In this document: piece by piece, positions 36,896 to 48,920 of the stretch
Layout: the number at the start of each line of letters is the position of its first letter
Position numbering within the stretch: the stretch's first letter is position 1
Origin: Gracilinanus agilis
Taxonomy: Eukaryota
Assembly (NCBI RefSeq): GCF_016433145.1
Contig: NC_058132.1
Span: 251,306,911-251,370,910, forward strand
Reading direction: 5' to 3'
Length of the DNA: 64,000 nt
Notes under the pieces: generated by a model
Told to the model about the DNA's origin: nothing
The model's input: the letters and a program-made list of their open reading frames with translations, nothing else
Database searches by the model: none
Made by a program: the position numbers and the translations under genes

Positions 36896-37158
36896 TAGTG
36901 TTTCTCAAACATTTTGGTCCTCAAAACTCCTTTATGCTCTTAAAATCATTGAAGATCAACCAAAGAGCTTTTGTTTGTATGTGCTATATCTACCAATATT
37001 TATTATATCTGAAATACAATACTTACTATATTAGAAATACAGATATCTTCCAAACTAGAAATGGAAAAGTTTTATTATAAAAACAATTCTGACCTCACAG
37101 ACCCTTTTGAAGAGCCTCAGACAATCTTAGGTTCCCAACTACAGTTAGAGAACTGCTG
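36896..37158. mobile_element. hAT-Charlie MITE (MER33-like)
   Basis: Degenerate TIRs (tagtgtttctcaaac / gttagagaactgctg) and 8-bp flanks CTCTGGCA / CTCTAGTA (6/8). The 5' part resembles recalled MER33. Confidence 0.75.
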
Positions 37159-37702
37159 CTCTAGTATAATACAGGTGAAATGTATCCACTTTTAGGCATT
37201 TTGTCTCTTTTTGAAAGTTCCACTTAAGTGTGTATAACAACAGAAAGGAACACGGCACTCTAGGACCAGATCTTACTATGTGGCTCTTGAGAACCACTAA
37301 GCCTAAGGTCACTCAAGGATAAAGAACAATGGGATATGAAGGGCAGATGTTCAACAGTGAAAACAAAAATTCCATAATTCACCCTTTTTTAAAAAAGACC
37401 TTTACCTTCTGTCTTAGTATCAATTCTAAGACGGAGAATTGCAAAGGCTAGGCAAAGGGGGTTAAATGACTTGTCTAGGGTCACATAGCTAGGAAGAATC
37501 TGAGGCAATTTAAACCCAAGTCCTCCCAACTCTAGGCCTGGTGCTCTATTGACTTTGTTACCTACCTGCCCCAACAATTAGCTTCTTAAATTACCTCTGT
37601 GTGTATATTAAATATTCATCTTTGAAATCCAAAGGAAAGATTATTCCTATAAATAGGAGGAAAAGGTCTACAAACCATACTCTGATTTTTTTGGCCAGAC
37701 TC

Positions 37703-37735
<33 letters not shown>

Positions 37736-37791
37736 ATGATAGTTCTATAAAAAAGACAATTACAAAGAATTTTCTAGTACTACTGACTCAC

Positions 37792-37879
37792 TTTTTCCTC
37801 TCTGTCAGCTACAATGACAAAATCCTCAGCAACTTGATGTTGAATCTTGTTATTTTCTATTTCTTTTAGCTTCAAGATT
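37792..37879 (-). CDS. DCAF17: DCAF17 exon 11 (88 bp)
   Basis: (K)ILKLKEIENNKIQHQVAEDFVIVADREEK; ttttcag| and |gtgagt; phase fits both neighbours. Confidence 0.94.
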
Positions 37880-38916
37880 CTGAAAAGGAAAAAAAAGATT
37901 ACAAAATTCTAAGGCTCTACCTAAGTGTCAAAATCAATTTAGGTCAGCAAATGAAGATCACAGTAAAACACATCAAACTGTTTATAGTATTTTCCTGTTT
38001 CCTTCTGTAATACAATCACAGATAATGTTCATAGGCCCCTTCAAAATTTGAAATGTTAATAAATACTAAATGTGGAAAGGAGGTGCTACTGAAATATTTG
38101 AAAACATAACCATTTACTAATACTGCATATAACTGGGGAATGTGCCAAACTGAGATGAGAAAATTTACTCTGAAAACTGTATTATTTCCATTTTGCCTAA
38201 GATTTTTTCCTTTGATAGTGGCACTACAAAGGATTTTTGAGGGTTTATTTCTTAGAGATTTGCAGATAAAGTGAGATCTGGAGGAGTGATATTAATAGAT
38301 TAATTTTAAAACATGAAAAACAATAACTAAACTGAACCAGAGGACTTGTTTTTTAAGTGCTGAATGTTAAAATGAAAAGACAATGTTTAAACTGTATCTG
38401 ACTCATTCACTTTTTTTTACATGTATCTAACCCCTTGTGGGTTAGATACATGTAAAGATTAGAGTATGCAATTTAAGTTTTCTGAGTGTAGATAGAATTA
38501 TGAGTAGAGCTGATCAAGTAACAACAAAAAAAAATATTAAGTTTTCATCAACACCTATAAAATTCCAAAAGTCTAAGCTAAGGGAACAGAATAAGAACCA
38601 GGGAGAAGAAACCAATACTAAGTGGCACAGTGGATAAAAATGTTGGACTTGGAGGAGTGAGGAAATCCTGAGTTCAAATCCTGCCTCAGACCTTTATTAG
38701 CTCTGTGTGACCCTGGGCAAGACACTCAGGATCAATTTTTTCAGCTGTGAAAATGAGGATATGTTGTGAAGATCAAATGAAATAACCTGTGCATAGTGCT
38801 TTGCAAACCTTAAAGTGTTACATAAATTCTAGTTTTTCTATTATATATATATATCATATATATATGTATATATATGTAAATTCTATTATTATTATAAAAG
38901 AACTACAGCTATTCCC

Positions 38917-39022
38917 ACTACTACTACCTGTACTACTACTACTATTACTACTACTGCCGCCGCTGCCACGGCTACTACTGCTACTACTACTACTACTGTT
39001 ACTGCTACTGCTACTGCTACTA
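38917..39022. repeat. Interrupted trinucleotide tract (CTA/CTG/CCG)
   Basis: Read directly. It explains the poly-Ser and poly-Leu ORFs in the track. Confidence 0.9.
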
Positions 39023-39264
39023 GCAGCTAGGTGACATAATGGATAGAGTGCTGGACGTGGACTCAAGAAGAGGATTCTTCTTGAGTTCAAATTTGGCCTT
39101 GACGATTATTAGCTGTGTGACCCTGGGAATGTATGCCTCAGTTTCCCCATCTATAAAATGAGCTAGAGAAGGAAATGGAAAAGTACTCCAGTATTTTTGC
39201 CAAGAAAACCTCCAAAATGGGGTCATGTAGAGTGGGACACAATTAAGTGAAACAATTACAACAA
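39023..39264 (+). mobile_element. MAR1-type SINE
   Basis: gcagctaggtgacataatggatag head, CORE, RTE-like tail; CTACTAG on both sides. Confidence 0.82.
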
Positions 39265-39887
39265 CTACTACTACTAGTACAATATCTCAACCAATTACAT
39301 TTTAATAATTGGCAGTTTTTTAAAGCCTAGAAAAGGTCTATGATCTTTTCTTGGGCTTTATAATATCTTCACCACAAATAAACAAATTTTAAATAAGTTG
39401 AGGACAAAGAATAAGAGGTGCATTTTCCACCAGATAATATATCTTATGGGACCCCAGTGAAACCAATGAAAAAAAGAAAGCTCATTACTCTGTTCCCCCA
39501 CCTACTCACCCACCCCCATTGCATCTCTTCTTCTATCTTTTAGAAGACAAAGAGCAGCAGTGAAGTTAGCCTAAAGAATGTGGAATTAGAGTATGCAAAC
39601 AGCATAAGCTTGTTTCTCCTCTTAATTTCAAACCATTTACAATTAGGGACATTTTTCCTTGCCAGAAAGAAGTGGTCAAAGATCCATCCATTTTAAAGCT
39701 CTGCAAGAGTGTTTTGGGTCCAGAAAGCAAGAACACATTATAGAAAAGGGGTTTTTTTTTGTTTTTTTTGTTTTCCTTTCAAAGAGGCTGCTCCCTCTCT
39801 TTGGGCCAATATGACCTTTTCCCTCCAATTATAAAGCTAACTCGGGTTTGTTTGTTTTCTCTCTTTTCAAAAGGATCCGCTAAATCC

Positions 39888-39997
39888 ATTGGAGAAGGAA
39901 ATTGCAAACCAATCCAGTATCCCTGCCAAGAATACCTCATGGATAGCTATGGGTCATGGAAGAGTTGGACAGGACTGAATGACTGAACAACAACAAC
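39888..39997 (+). mobile_element. RTE/BovB-like 3' tail fragment
   Basis: ggagaaggaaattgcaaaccaatccagtatccctgccaagaatacc...gactgaatgactgaacaacaacaac. Confidence 0.7.
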
Positions 39998-40488
39998 TTC
40001 TCTTGTTTTGCACAATATTCTAAAGTTAATCTCCACAGGCAAAATTAAATATTCCTCCTTTATAAATTCTTATTTACAAGAGAAAACAAGCAGGGTCTTA
40101 TTAACAAAGAAGTAAAAACAACAAAAGTAAGTATTTCTATCCCAGACACCATACTAAGAACTGGAACTACAAATACAAATAAAAAGAAACTCAATCCTGG
40201 TCCTCAAGGAGTTTATATTCTAATGGAAGAAGACTGAACCTAAATGGAGCTCAAAGTAGAGAGGGGTGACAAAAGGAACTACAGAGCAAAAAAGGTTGCA
40301 AAATGGTTGAAAATGAGGAAGGCTGAAGGAATAAAATCAGGTTTTCTTAAGGTCTGTCTCTGTTTAGCATAATACCAACTCAATTATTTCTACAATTTCC
40401 TTAGTTGGTTACCTCATAAAAACAGAGATACCAATAAATGCTCTGAAAAGCTATCTTTAATTTTTTGATGACTAAAGACAATACTCAC

Positions 40489-40598
40489 TTGACCTGATTT
40501 GGACCCACATGAATTATTCTCCCAGAGGCATCAGGATGGAAATATATCCAGTCAGATTCTAGCGAACAACAGTTCATTTCTTGGATCCCATTTTTTGC
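40489..40598 (-). CDS. DCAF17: DCAF17 exon 10 (110 bp)
   Basis: AKNGIQEMNCCSLESDWIYFHPDASGRIIHVGPNQV(K); AG/GT (gtgagt). Confidence 0.97.
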
Positions 40599-42435
40599 CT
40601 AGTTGGAAGAGGGAAATTAGGGGAAAGGGCAATACATTATAGAACCTCCTCACAATTATCTTCATGTACCTGTTCATAGATCAATTGTTACATGCCAGCA
40701 TGGAGACATCCAACTGCTGCTCATTAATTAATGAATTCTTAAGTAAAAGACACATGGGAAAGAAGGGACACTGTAGTAGAACCAGGATTAATGCACAGGT
40801 CCAAACTGAAAAGAAACAAATAAAACAAAAACCTAGACTTGAGAAATTCCCAGATTATTTGCTATGTGGTTTCATACATATTTTGCATACTAAGTAAAAC
40901 AAGTCTAAAAAAGAAAAGAGCGAGAATGAAACCACGTGTTTTTCACTGAGATAGTAATAGAAGGTTTTAATAGATTCTACTGGCAATATCCATTATAAAA
41001 TTATAAAACACAAACTGAGTAACTGTATATAGCAATGCTTTCAAAGGCATTAAAGTATTATTTAAAAAAAATTTTAAACCCTTACTTTCTGTCTTAGTAA
41101 CAGCTCTAAAACAGAAAGGCAAGGGCTAGGCAAACTGGGTTAAGAGATTTTCCCAGGGTCATAGAGCTAGGAAGTGTCTGAAGCCAGATTTGAACCCAGC
41201 TCTTCCTTACTTCAGGTCTGGCGCTCTATCCACTGTGCTACCTAGCTGCTCTACTATATAAATATTAATTCCTACCTCTTTACCCACCTCCAGTGACTTG
41301 CTCTATATAGTGAAGCTAGTATCCAATCCATGATTTGTGGTCTATAGTTGCCTGGAGTACTAAGATAAGAGGTGTCTAGCCCAGGTTCAAAAGTGGGCTT
41401 GAACTTACATCTTCTTAACTCTAAAGCTAGTTTCACTTTCATTGTGTTATGGTTGCCTCTCAGCAATTATTGTTATGATAATTTTAACTATGATGATGAC
41501 AATATTAATGTTTAGTATAATTATTGATGATTACCTATAATAATGCCTAAATGTCAGGAAACACTGACCACGCAGGTCTAAAATACCTAGATTTGAGTCA
41601 CACATTCAATACTTTCTGGAAACACTTTCTCTCATTGTTGTATTACACTTAGTTACTGTGCTAAGAGTAGGTATGCTCCATATAAACATGCCCACAGATG
41701 AGCCAGAGATGCCTGCAATCCATCCCAGGTTGAGTACCAATTAATTTCTGTGGCTTCGCCCAAGACATTTAGCTGCTTTCATCTCCTCATGTGTAAAATG
41801 GAGCAACATCTTTCCTGTCAAAATTATTGTCTAGTACATCAATGTCCATAACATTCTTGAAGGTTAGAAACTATGAAGAATGATGAGTCCTAGGCAGAAG
41901 TCATTAAACACCAAAAAGGTTCTGGAAATAAAAATAGCTTACTACAGCGCTGATGTCATGTGTTAGTAAGGAGGGGAGGAGAGAAAAAACAGAACACTAA
42001 ATCCTATTTGAATAATTTTTAAAAGGAAAAAATTTAAGTAGTAAAGAAGTTCCCTTTAGAATCTGCTCCTGCACACCTGCTTTAAAAAAAAAAATCTTCT
42101 TTAAAAATGCAAAAGTATGGTCACCCACATTTTATGTTCTCCTCCGGGAGGCAAGATATAGCAAGGACAGAGGGGGTGAAGGAAGTCTCACCCCAAAACC
42201 CTCTCTTCCCAGCTCTGCTGCAGATCCCAGGACTATCATTAAGAAATCCCAGCAGTGTCAGGCACTCTGTTCTTTGCTGAAGGATTGGTGAGTGATAAAA
42301 TGATTAGCAGTGCCTTGGGATCCAAGAAATGGTTTTCAGGATTGTATGTGTGTGCACATGTGGGCACCCGGTGGGAAAAATTCTGACACTGGCTTGCTTA
42401 TTCTAGGAAGGCCAGATAAAATAAGTCCTCAGTAC

Positions 42436-42578
42436 CAAGGAATGATCTTTCAGTGCGCAAATATGGAAGACGCCTTTCTGTTTCTTCTTGTTAGGGGTGA
42501 TGATGTAGTGCCAAGGATAGCCTCCAATCTGAAACGTGTTCTCCAGGGAAGATACTTCAAAGAGGAGTGGAGGTGTAT
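42436..42578 (-). CDS. DCAF17: DCAF17 exon 9 (143 bp)
   Basis: (D)TPPLLFEVSSLENTFQIGGYPWHYIITPNKKKQKGVFHICALKDHSL; AG/GT. Confidence 0.97.
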
Positions 42579-42825
42579 CTGCAGAGGTAGGACAACAAGA
42601 ACAATACTATGTCACCCTAAGTATGAGTTTTTAGACTACCTAGATCCTTCAACTTGGAATTTTTGTTGCATGCAGCCTTACAAAATTCTATTATAATAAA
42701 TGAGGGGGGTGGAGATAGAGAGCAGTCAGAAAGACCAGAGTGCAGGCCTCACCTCAGAAATAAATAGCTTTGTGGGCCTGCTCAAAACCCAAAACCTTTT
42801 AGTGCTCTAGGCAACTCTTTTATAA

Positions 42826-43010
42826 CAGGATTCTTAATCTTTTTGTGTGTCAAGGATCCCTTTGGTAGTCTGATGAAGCCTATGGATTCCTAAGAATATT
42901 TTTAAATGCATAAAATAAAATATAAAGGACTACAAAGGACAATAATTTTACTGACACAGAGTTAAGTGAAATATCAAAAAAGTTCAAGATCATAGCTTTA
43001 AAACTCCCAC
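42826..43010 (+). mobile_element. hAT-type MITE, copy 1
   Basis: caggattcttaatctttttgtgtgtcaaggatccctttgg...; similar to the copies at 44046 and 44427. Right end approximate. Confidence 0.65.
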
Positions 43011-44045
43011 TCCAAGACTACAGATTGCAGAAAAGTAAGTATATGCATTGGTAGAGAGGATTTAGCATTCCTAGAACTAGCAATTATGCAGGGATTCAAG
43101 GTGCACAAAGCAAGTTGCACAAGTTACGTCATTAACAACAATCCCAAGAGGTCAGTGCAATTATTATCCCATCATACAGATAAGGAAACAAAGGATAAGA
43201 GATGTTGAGTGACTTGCCCCTGGTCACAAAACCAATAAGGGTCTGAGGCAGGATTCAAATTCAGGTTTTCCTGACTCCCAGTCTAACAGTATTATACACG
43301 GAGTCACCTAGCTAGCTGCCTTCTAGGTTTAATAACAAGAAGTTTCTTACACCAAATAGAATCACTAGTCCATAGCTTCCCAGAAAAAAAAATAATAAAA
43401 GAATACCACAGTGAAGTCATTACCTATAAGGAAACTCTCCCCCCAAAGCCCCAAATACAAAAAAAGCCTAATTTAGAAAGAGGTTTATTGATATAAAGAA
43501 GAAAGGCAGAAAGAAATCTACCTTTGGATATAAGGCAGTCTCTGAGCTATCTCATCTTTAAAAATTACTTCTCTAAACTACATCAGAATGAAGGTAAAAT
43601 ATAATCAAAGACCTTCAAAAAGCTATAGCTAATTTTTTTTATTGGAGTGTAATGGGGGAGTGTATGTGAAGGAGATTAACTATAGCCCTATAAATTAATA
43701 AATTATACCAAGAAACCTTGGTACATCAAGAGAAGGAAAAGAATCAAAGAATTCTAAGGGGTCCAGAAAACACATAAAATTAAAAATCATGTTATACTAT
43801 TCTTTATAAAATGGCAGTCATGTTCTGCAAAAGCAATAATAGCTTTTTAAAAAAATCATTTGTTAGAACAATTTTGTGATATCATATTGCTTGCCCTCTC
43901 AATGGGTGGAGGACCAGTGAGAGGGAAGGAGAGAATTGGGAACTCAAAATTTCAAAAAAATTAATATTAAAGGAAAACATTTTTTAAAATGTTAAAAAAG
44001 GAGAGTGTAAGAATTTAGGAGTGCAAATTAGGTGTATTTCTAAGA

Positions 44046-44262
44046 CATGAATTGTTTACCTTTTTTTGGTGCTATGGCCCTCTTTCAGCAATCTGGAGAA
44101 GCCTATGATATAATAGCTTGTTTTTTAAAATTAAAAATACTAAACTTTAATTAGAGATTAATTAAAGATATAATTTTTCCCATCCAATTTCACAAACCAC
44201 ATCCTGAAATCTATTCATGGAACCCCTTAGGAATTTAAGGACCTTAAGATAAGAATCACTGT
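44046..44262 (+). mobile_element. hAT-type MITE, copy 2 (217 bp)
   Basis: Perfect 8-bp TSD TTCTAAGA (44038-44045, 44263-44270) and degenerate CAGGGGTTCTTAACC-like TIRs. Confidence 0.85.
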
Positions 44263-44426
44263 TCTAAGATGAGTTAATATGAGGATATTTTTTTCTTATA
44301 GAGAATGGAATAAAATATAATGTCTTTGGCTGCCTTCCATTGTCTTCTGCTTAATTGGGCAGAGCAGAAGAGATAAGCTGTTGGAAATATTTAAAGAAGG
44401 CACCAGACTGTAGAAAAGCATCAAAT

Positions 44427-44630
44427 CAAGAATTTTTAACCTGGGGTCCATGGATGGATTTGGAGGGCTGTGAACTTGGATGGAAAAAATTACATCTTTA
44501 TTTCACTGTAATTGGTTTCCTTTGTAAATTCATATGTTTTACCTTATGAATTAAAAAAATACTATTCTGAGGAGGGATCTATACATTTCACTGGACTGCC
44601 AAAGGGATCCATGACACACGCAAAAAAGAA
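44427..44630 (-). mobile_element. hAT-type MITE, copy 3 (inverted)
   Basis: Reverse complement aligns with copies 1 and 2 (tgtgtcatggatccctttggcag; aaagatgtaattttttccatccaagttcaca). Confidence 0.75.
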
Positions 44631-47201
44631 AGGGAGAATTTATATCTTAGAAACAGGGGTGGGAGGGAGGGAAAATGTTTTTAAATTATTAATTTCTTGT
44701 TGAATAAGAAGGTTTTGAAAAGAGGTAGGGTTAATGAAAATCATATCAAAAAAGAAAAAATAACACTGATGAATCATTTAAAAAATAGAAAAAGAGCAAA
44801 AGAAAATGCAGAAGGGGATCCACAAGCAAAGCAGTGTTTACTATGCAAAATTTGAAAAACATAGGTTTTAAAAGTTGTATGTAATGGAGATTCACAAATT
44901 CACATGTGGTCCTCTTTTTTTCTGTCTTTTGAATGTGAAATTGTTCATATTTGTTAAGTTTGTAGTAATAAAAAAAGAAAATTAAAAAAAAAGAAACATT
45001 TCATTTACAAGGAGACTAACATGTGCCCTCATTATCTCTTTTTTTTTTCTGTACATCTTATTAATGCTCTACTTACAGGTTTTTTACAAGTTTAGGAATT
45101 ATTCTTATTAGATAGGGTATTCTGCCTTAGAGATACCACTCAAGTAAGACTCCATCTCACATAAGGGTGTATTTAGTTGGGTTGTTTCAGGAGCCACCAA
45201 TTAGATTCCTCCAGATACTTGATTTATAAAAGAAAAACTTCAGTGTTAAAAGTTGAGTTCTGAAGTTGCCAGTCTGATTGAGCAAAGAGAAAGGGAGGAT
45301 TATAAAATAGAAACATTGTCTCTCAAAAGTAAGTGTGCTACAATGTCTAGAATAGTGCTAAGGAAAATACTATTGTAGACATTGTAGCACATTTAACTTT
45401 TTTTCTCTTTTGTGTATCTAAGGACTGGAGGAATAGAATCTGCAGCTCCAGAAACAACTTGGGGCAGAGGTCCTTAGGGTATTGCTGTGGATGAAATCCA
45501 GTAAAGGTAGCCTGGGAGGGAGAGATCAGTCAGGTAGGAGGAGAAGCAGAAGACATTACTATCATGAAAACCTCGGGAGAAAAATATCAAGAAGATAAGG
45601 GTGATCAGCACTGACAAGTGCTGAAGAGAGGTCAAGAAGGATGAGGACCAAGAAAAGCACATCAGATTTAGCAATTAAGAGGTCACTTTGGGGAGAACAG
45701 CTTCAGTTAAATGACTGGAGTTGAAAGTCAGATTTCAGAGGAAAGCTTATAACTAAGTTTTTCTTCATCAGAGTTCTCCCTAGAGTAGTTTATCTGGATC
45801 TCTCCTTTTCCTCTCTTATATTTGACACTGTATTATGCTCATTCTTGTTTATGTCATCATCCCCTAAACTTTTTGAAGAAAAAGGTTGTCATTTTTGTAC
45901 TCCTGGTGCTTAGCACAGTTTCTCACATAAGAAGTACTCAATAAATATGTTGAATTGAAATGAAGTGGCCCCCTGAATAACTCTTACTATCCACATTCTC
46001 CATTTTGATACTAGAACTTTGCTTCACTGATTGGTACATTCAGTGAAATCATGGAATTCTCAGAGGATCAAAGGGGTCCATAAACCTGCTAGCCTAGATC
46101 CTGCAGAAAGGCCTGCAAGGATCAAAGCATACCATTTTCCACTTTATTTACTTCTATTCTTTTTTAATATCTTCTTCCTCAACGGCAAATATGTAAATAT
46201 GTTTTGTATGATAGCATCTGTGTAGCCTATATCAAATTGCTTACAATTTCAAGGAGAGGAGGAAGGGAGAGAATTCAGAATTCAAAATGGCAGAAATGAA
46301 TGCTAAATATTATTTTTACATGTAACTAGAAAAAAATAAAATAGTACTGAGAGAAAAAAAAAGATGGGCTGCAAGGCTTTGTTTTCAGCAGTGTGGAAAT
46401 GTATGTTAGGAGTGTGTGGATTCGAACAGTCAGGGATGCCATCAGAAGCTTTCTAATACTTTCATGAATTCAGTCAACAATAGTCATGATATCTAAAAGC
46501 ATGGCTATGATCCTCAGGGGGAATTTCAAATCTTTTGTCAGGAGACATGTCCTTCTACCTCTGTAATCAGGGATGCTTGAGAGAAGTCAAAGGACAGAAG
46601 GATCCTGGAGCCCAGGGAGCTGAAATGAAACAAGAAGATCTCTAACAGGGAAGGTACAAGCTTCTGTTGGTCATGTAGGAATTATAATGAGAACTAAAGC
46701 AGGCATGGAACAGAAACATCCTAGCTGAGAAAGGACAAAAGCCTCTCTCCCTACCTACACTCCTTCTACTTTCCATTTCCAATTCCTAAATGCTACCACG
46801 GCACAGTGGGGCTTTGAACATAACTTCAAAGGAGGCACCACTGCAGTGAAGCATTGAGATTCTTGTTGACATGTTCTGAAAACCAGAAAAAGTTCTGTGG
46901 GAAAGAAGGTGTTACAAGTACATCAGTATCTGATGGGCTAGCATTCATGTGTATTCTCTGGACTTGGGAATATGTGACTATGAGTAAGTCACCTAAATGT
47001 TCTCATTCTTGGTGTCAACATCTGTAAAACAGGCGTAATAACATTTGCACCACCTATAGGTGAGTTGTGAGGAGAGCATTCTGTTAAAAATTTTCATGAT
47101 TACTATTTTTACAAATGAACTACTTTGATCAGCAACATTACTAAGGACTCATTGCCATTTATTCTTTCAAGATGGAGAACATAACCAAGGAGAGACCATA
47201 C

Positions 47202-47307
47202 CTGTGATTTTAATATTACAAGGAATGCCAAAAGGTGACTCTCCAACTATCCCAGATGTCCCACCCCATCTGCATGTGCGCCCCAGGTCAAGTTTCTGCT
47301 GCATGAA
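47202..47307 (-). CDS. DCAF17: DCAF17 exon 8 (106 bp)
   Basis: FMQQKLDLGRTCRWGGTSGIVGESPFGIPCNIKIT(D); AG/GT. Confidence 0.97.
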
Positions 47308-47645
47308 CTAAAAATAAAACAAAAACAAAAAAGCATCTTTAGCACATACTTCTATCATTCAGAAAAGAAGTTTTTGTTTCTAATTTTTAAAATTCACTTG
47401 TATGCAAAATGAAATATATGCATATTTCATCTAACATTTAAAATTTTCTATTAGGGTCTTTTCCTTCTCCTCTTCCCTGTTTTAAAGGTTACATTTACTT
47501 CTCAGAGGTTGCTCAGTTTCTCCAACTTGAAATCCATACATAATGTGCCTGTCCTCTTGATGTAAAAGCATGTTATTAAAAAAGAGTCAACCTCAATTCA
47601 TTCCCTCAAGTTAAGTTCAGAGTGGTAAATTTCACATTTCATTAC

Positions 47646-47753
47646 CTGTTCAGTGATGGCCTGGAAGCTATAGAGTCTGATCAGTCCTGAGTTATGCATC
47701 ACAATCAGCATTCCATGAGAAATCGTAGCATCTGTGACACCATTTCCAAAAAT
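47646..47753 (-). CDS. DCAF17: DCAF17 exon 7 (108 bp)
   Basis: IFGNGVTDATISHGMLIVMHNSGLIRLYSFQAITEQ; AG/GT. Confidence 0.97.
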
Positions 47754-48675
47754 CTAGGAAGAAAAGATGGAGCTCACCTATGAGAAACCCCAGAAAAAAC
47801 ACTGCCCCTAGCATTGTGACTATAAATGCATCACACAGCTTTGACAGGCTTTTGTTTATCATTCAAATTACTCATCTAGACCTGCTGCCCGTTGTTTTAA
47901 TTTCTGGATTAAAAAAAAATAATTCAGCACTTCTTAGTAATCTATGGAATAATAGGTCTGTGACAGCAAAGAGCTGGAAAATCAGCTACAGAGCTGAGGT
48001 GTTATTAGGGGTGAACTACTGGAGACTAAGGCTCAGAACACTAATGGGATCAGCGTGTGCACAATGAGTGGAGAACATACTCCTTAATGATGCAGCTGCA
48101 TTCATTTGGTTCAGAGAGCTTTGTGCATATCCATTAAAAGCAACCCTACTCTCCATGGAAATATGAATACATTTTGTCCATCTAATTCCTAATGGATACC
48201 ACTCTATCATGCAGGTGCCCATTCTTTATGCTAAAATGTTCTTTATAAAGAGAGATTTTTATTTAGCTAATCAATGGTGGAGAGATTGGATCTAGAAAAG
48301 TAATTCAAATGAGAAACAGCCAATTCCAGAATCTCACCCATCCTTTTGTTCTCTAAATCTCTAATACTCTGGTTTTTCAATCAACCTTATGGGGACCCAA
48401 GACTATTTCTCTAAATAGTCATACTAAAAACCACCAACTGAAGCTTACAAGGAAACACAGCATGAATAGAACTAATCTAGGATTTAGATTTCCATGAATG
48501 TCTTTCCATTGGATTCCATTTCCTAAATTCTCTATGAACAAACTAGATTCTGTGTGTGTATATGTATATGTATATTTATGTGTGTTTAAAACAGTTAAAG
48601 GCCAACATGGGATAATATTCACAGAAGGGAAGAACAGTTTGAAATTAATAAATTTCTACCTTAAAAGTTGATTAT

Positions 48676-48920
48676 GGGGCAGCTGGGTAGCTCAGTGGAG
48701 TGAGAGTCAGGCCTAGAGACAAGAGGTCCTAGGTTCAAACCCGGCCTCAGCCACTTCCCAGCTGTGTGACCCTGGGCAAGTCACTTGACCCCCATTGCCC
48801 ACCCTTACCAATCTTCCACCTATGAGACAATGCACCGAAGTATAAGGGTTTAAAAAAAATACTAGAAAATATATGAATAAAAGGGCCTTTCCTCAAAATA
48901 ATAAACTTATTTTAAAAAAA
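48676..48920 (+). mobile_element. Young SINE-1 with 3' extension inside the TSD
   Basis: Body 48676-48859 differs from the 13691 copy at ~5 positions. 13-bp TSD AAAAGTTGATTAT at 48663-48675 and 48921-48933. Confidence 0.93.

Noticed and set aside
38789-39090. Poly-Leu and poly-Ser ORFs
   Set aside because: Translations of a trinucleotide microsatellite.
42310-42696. 128-aa plus-strand ORF
   Set aside because: Antisense shadow of DCAF17 exon 9; no independent evidence.
46542-46653. Antisense exon (ttttgtcag|...AAG|gtacaa)
   Set aside because: Splice-like motifs of this quality are frequent by chance; the peptide is unrecognisable and contains a stop.
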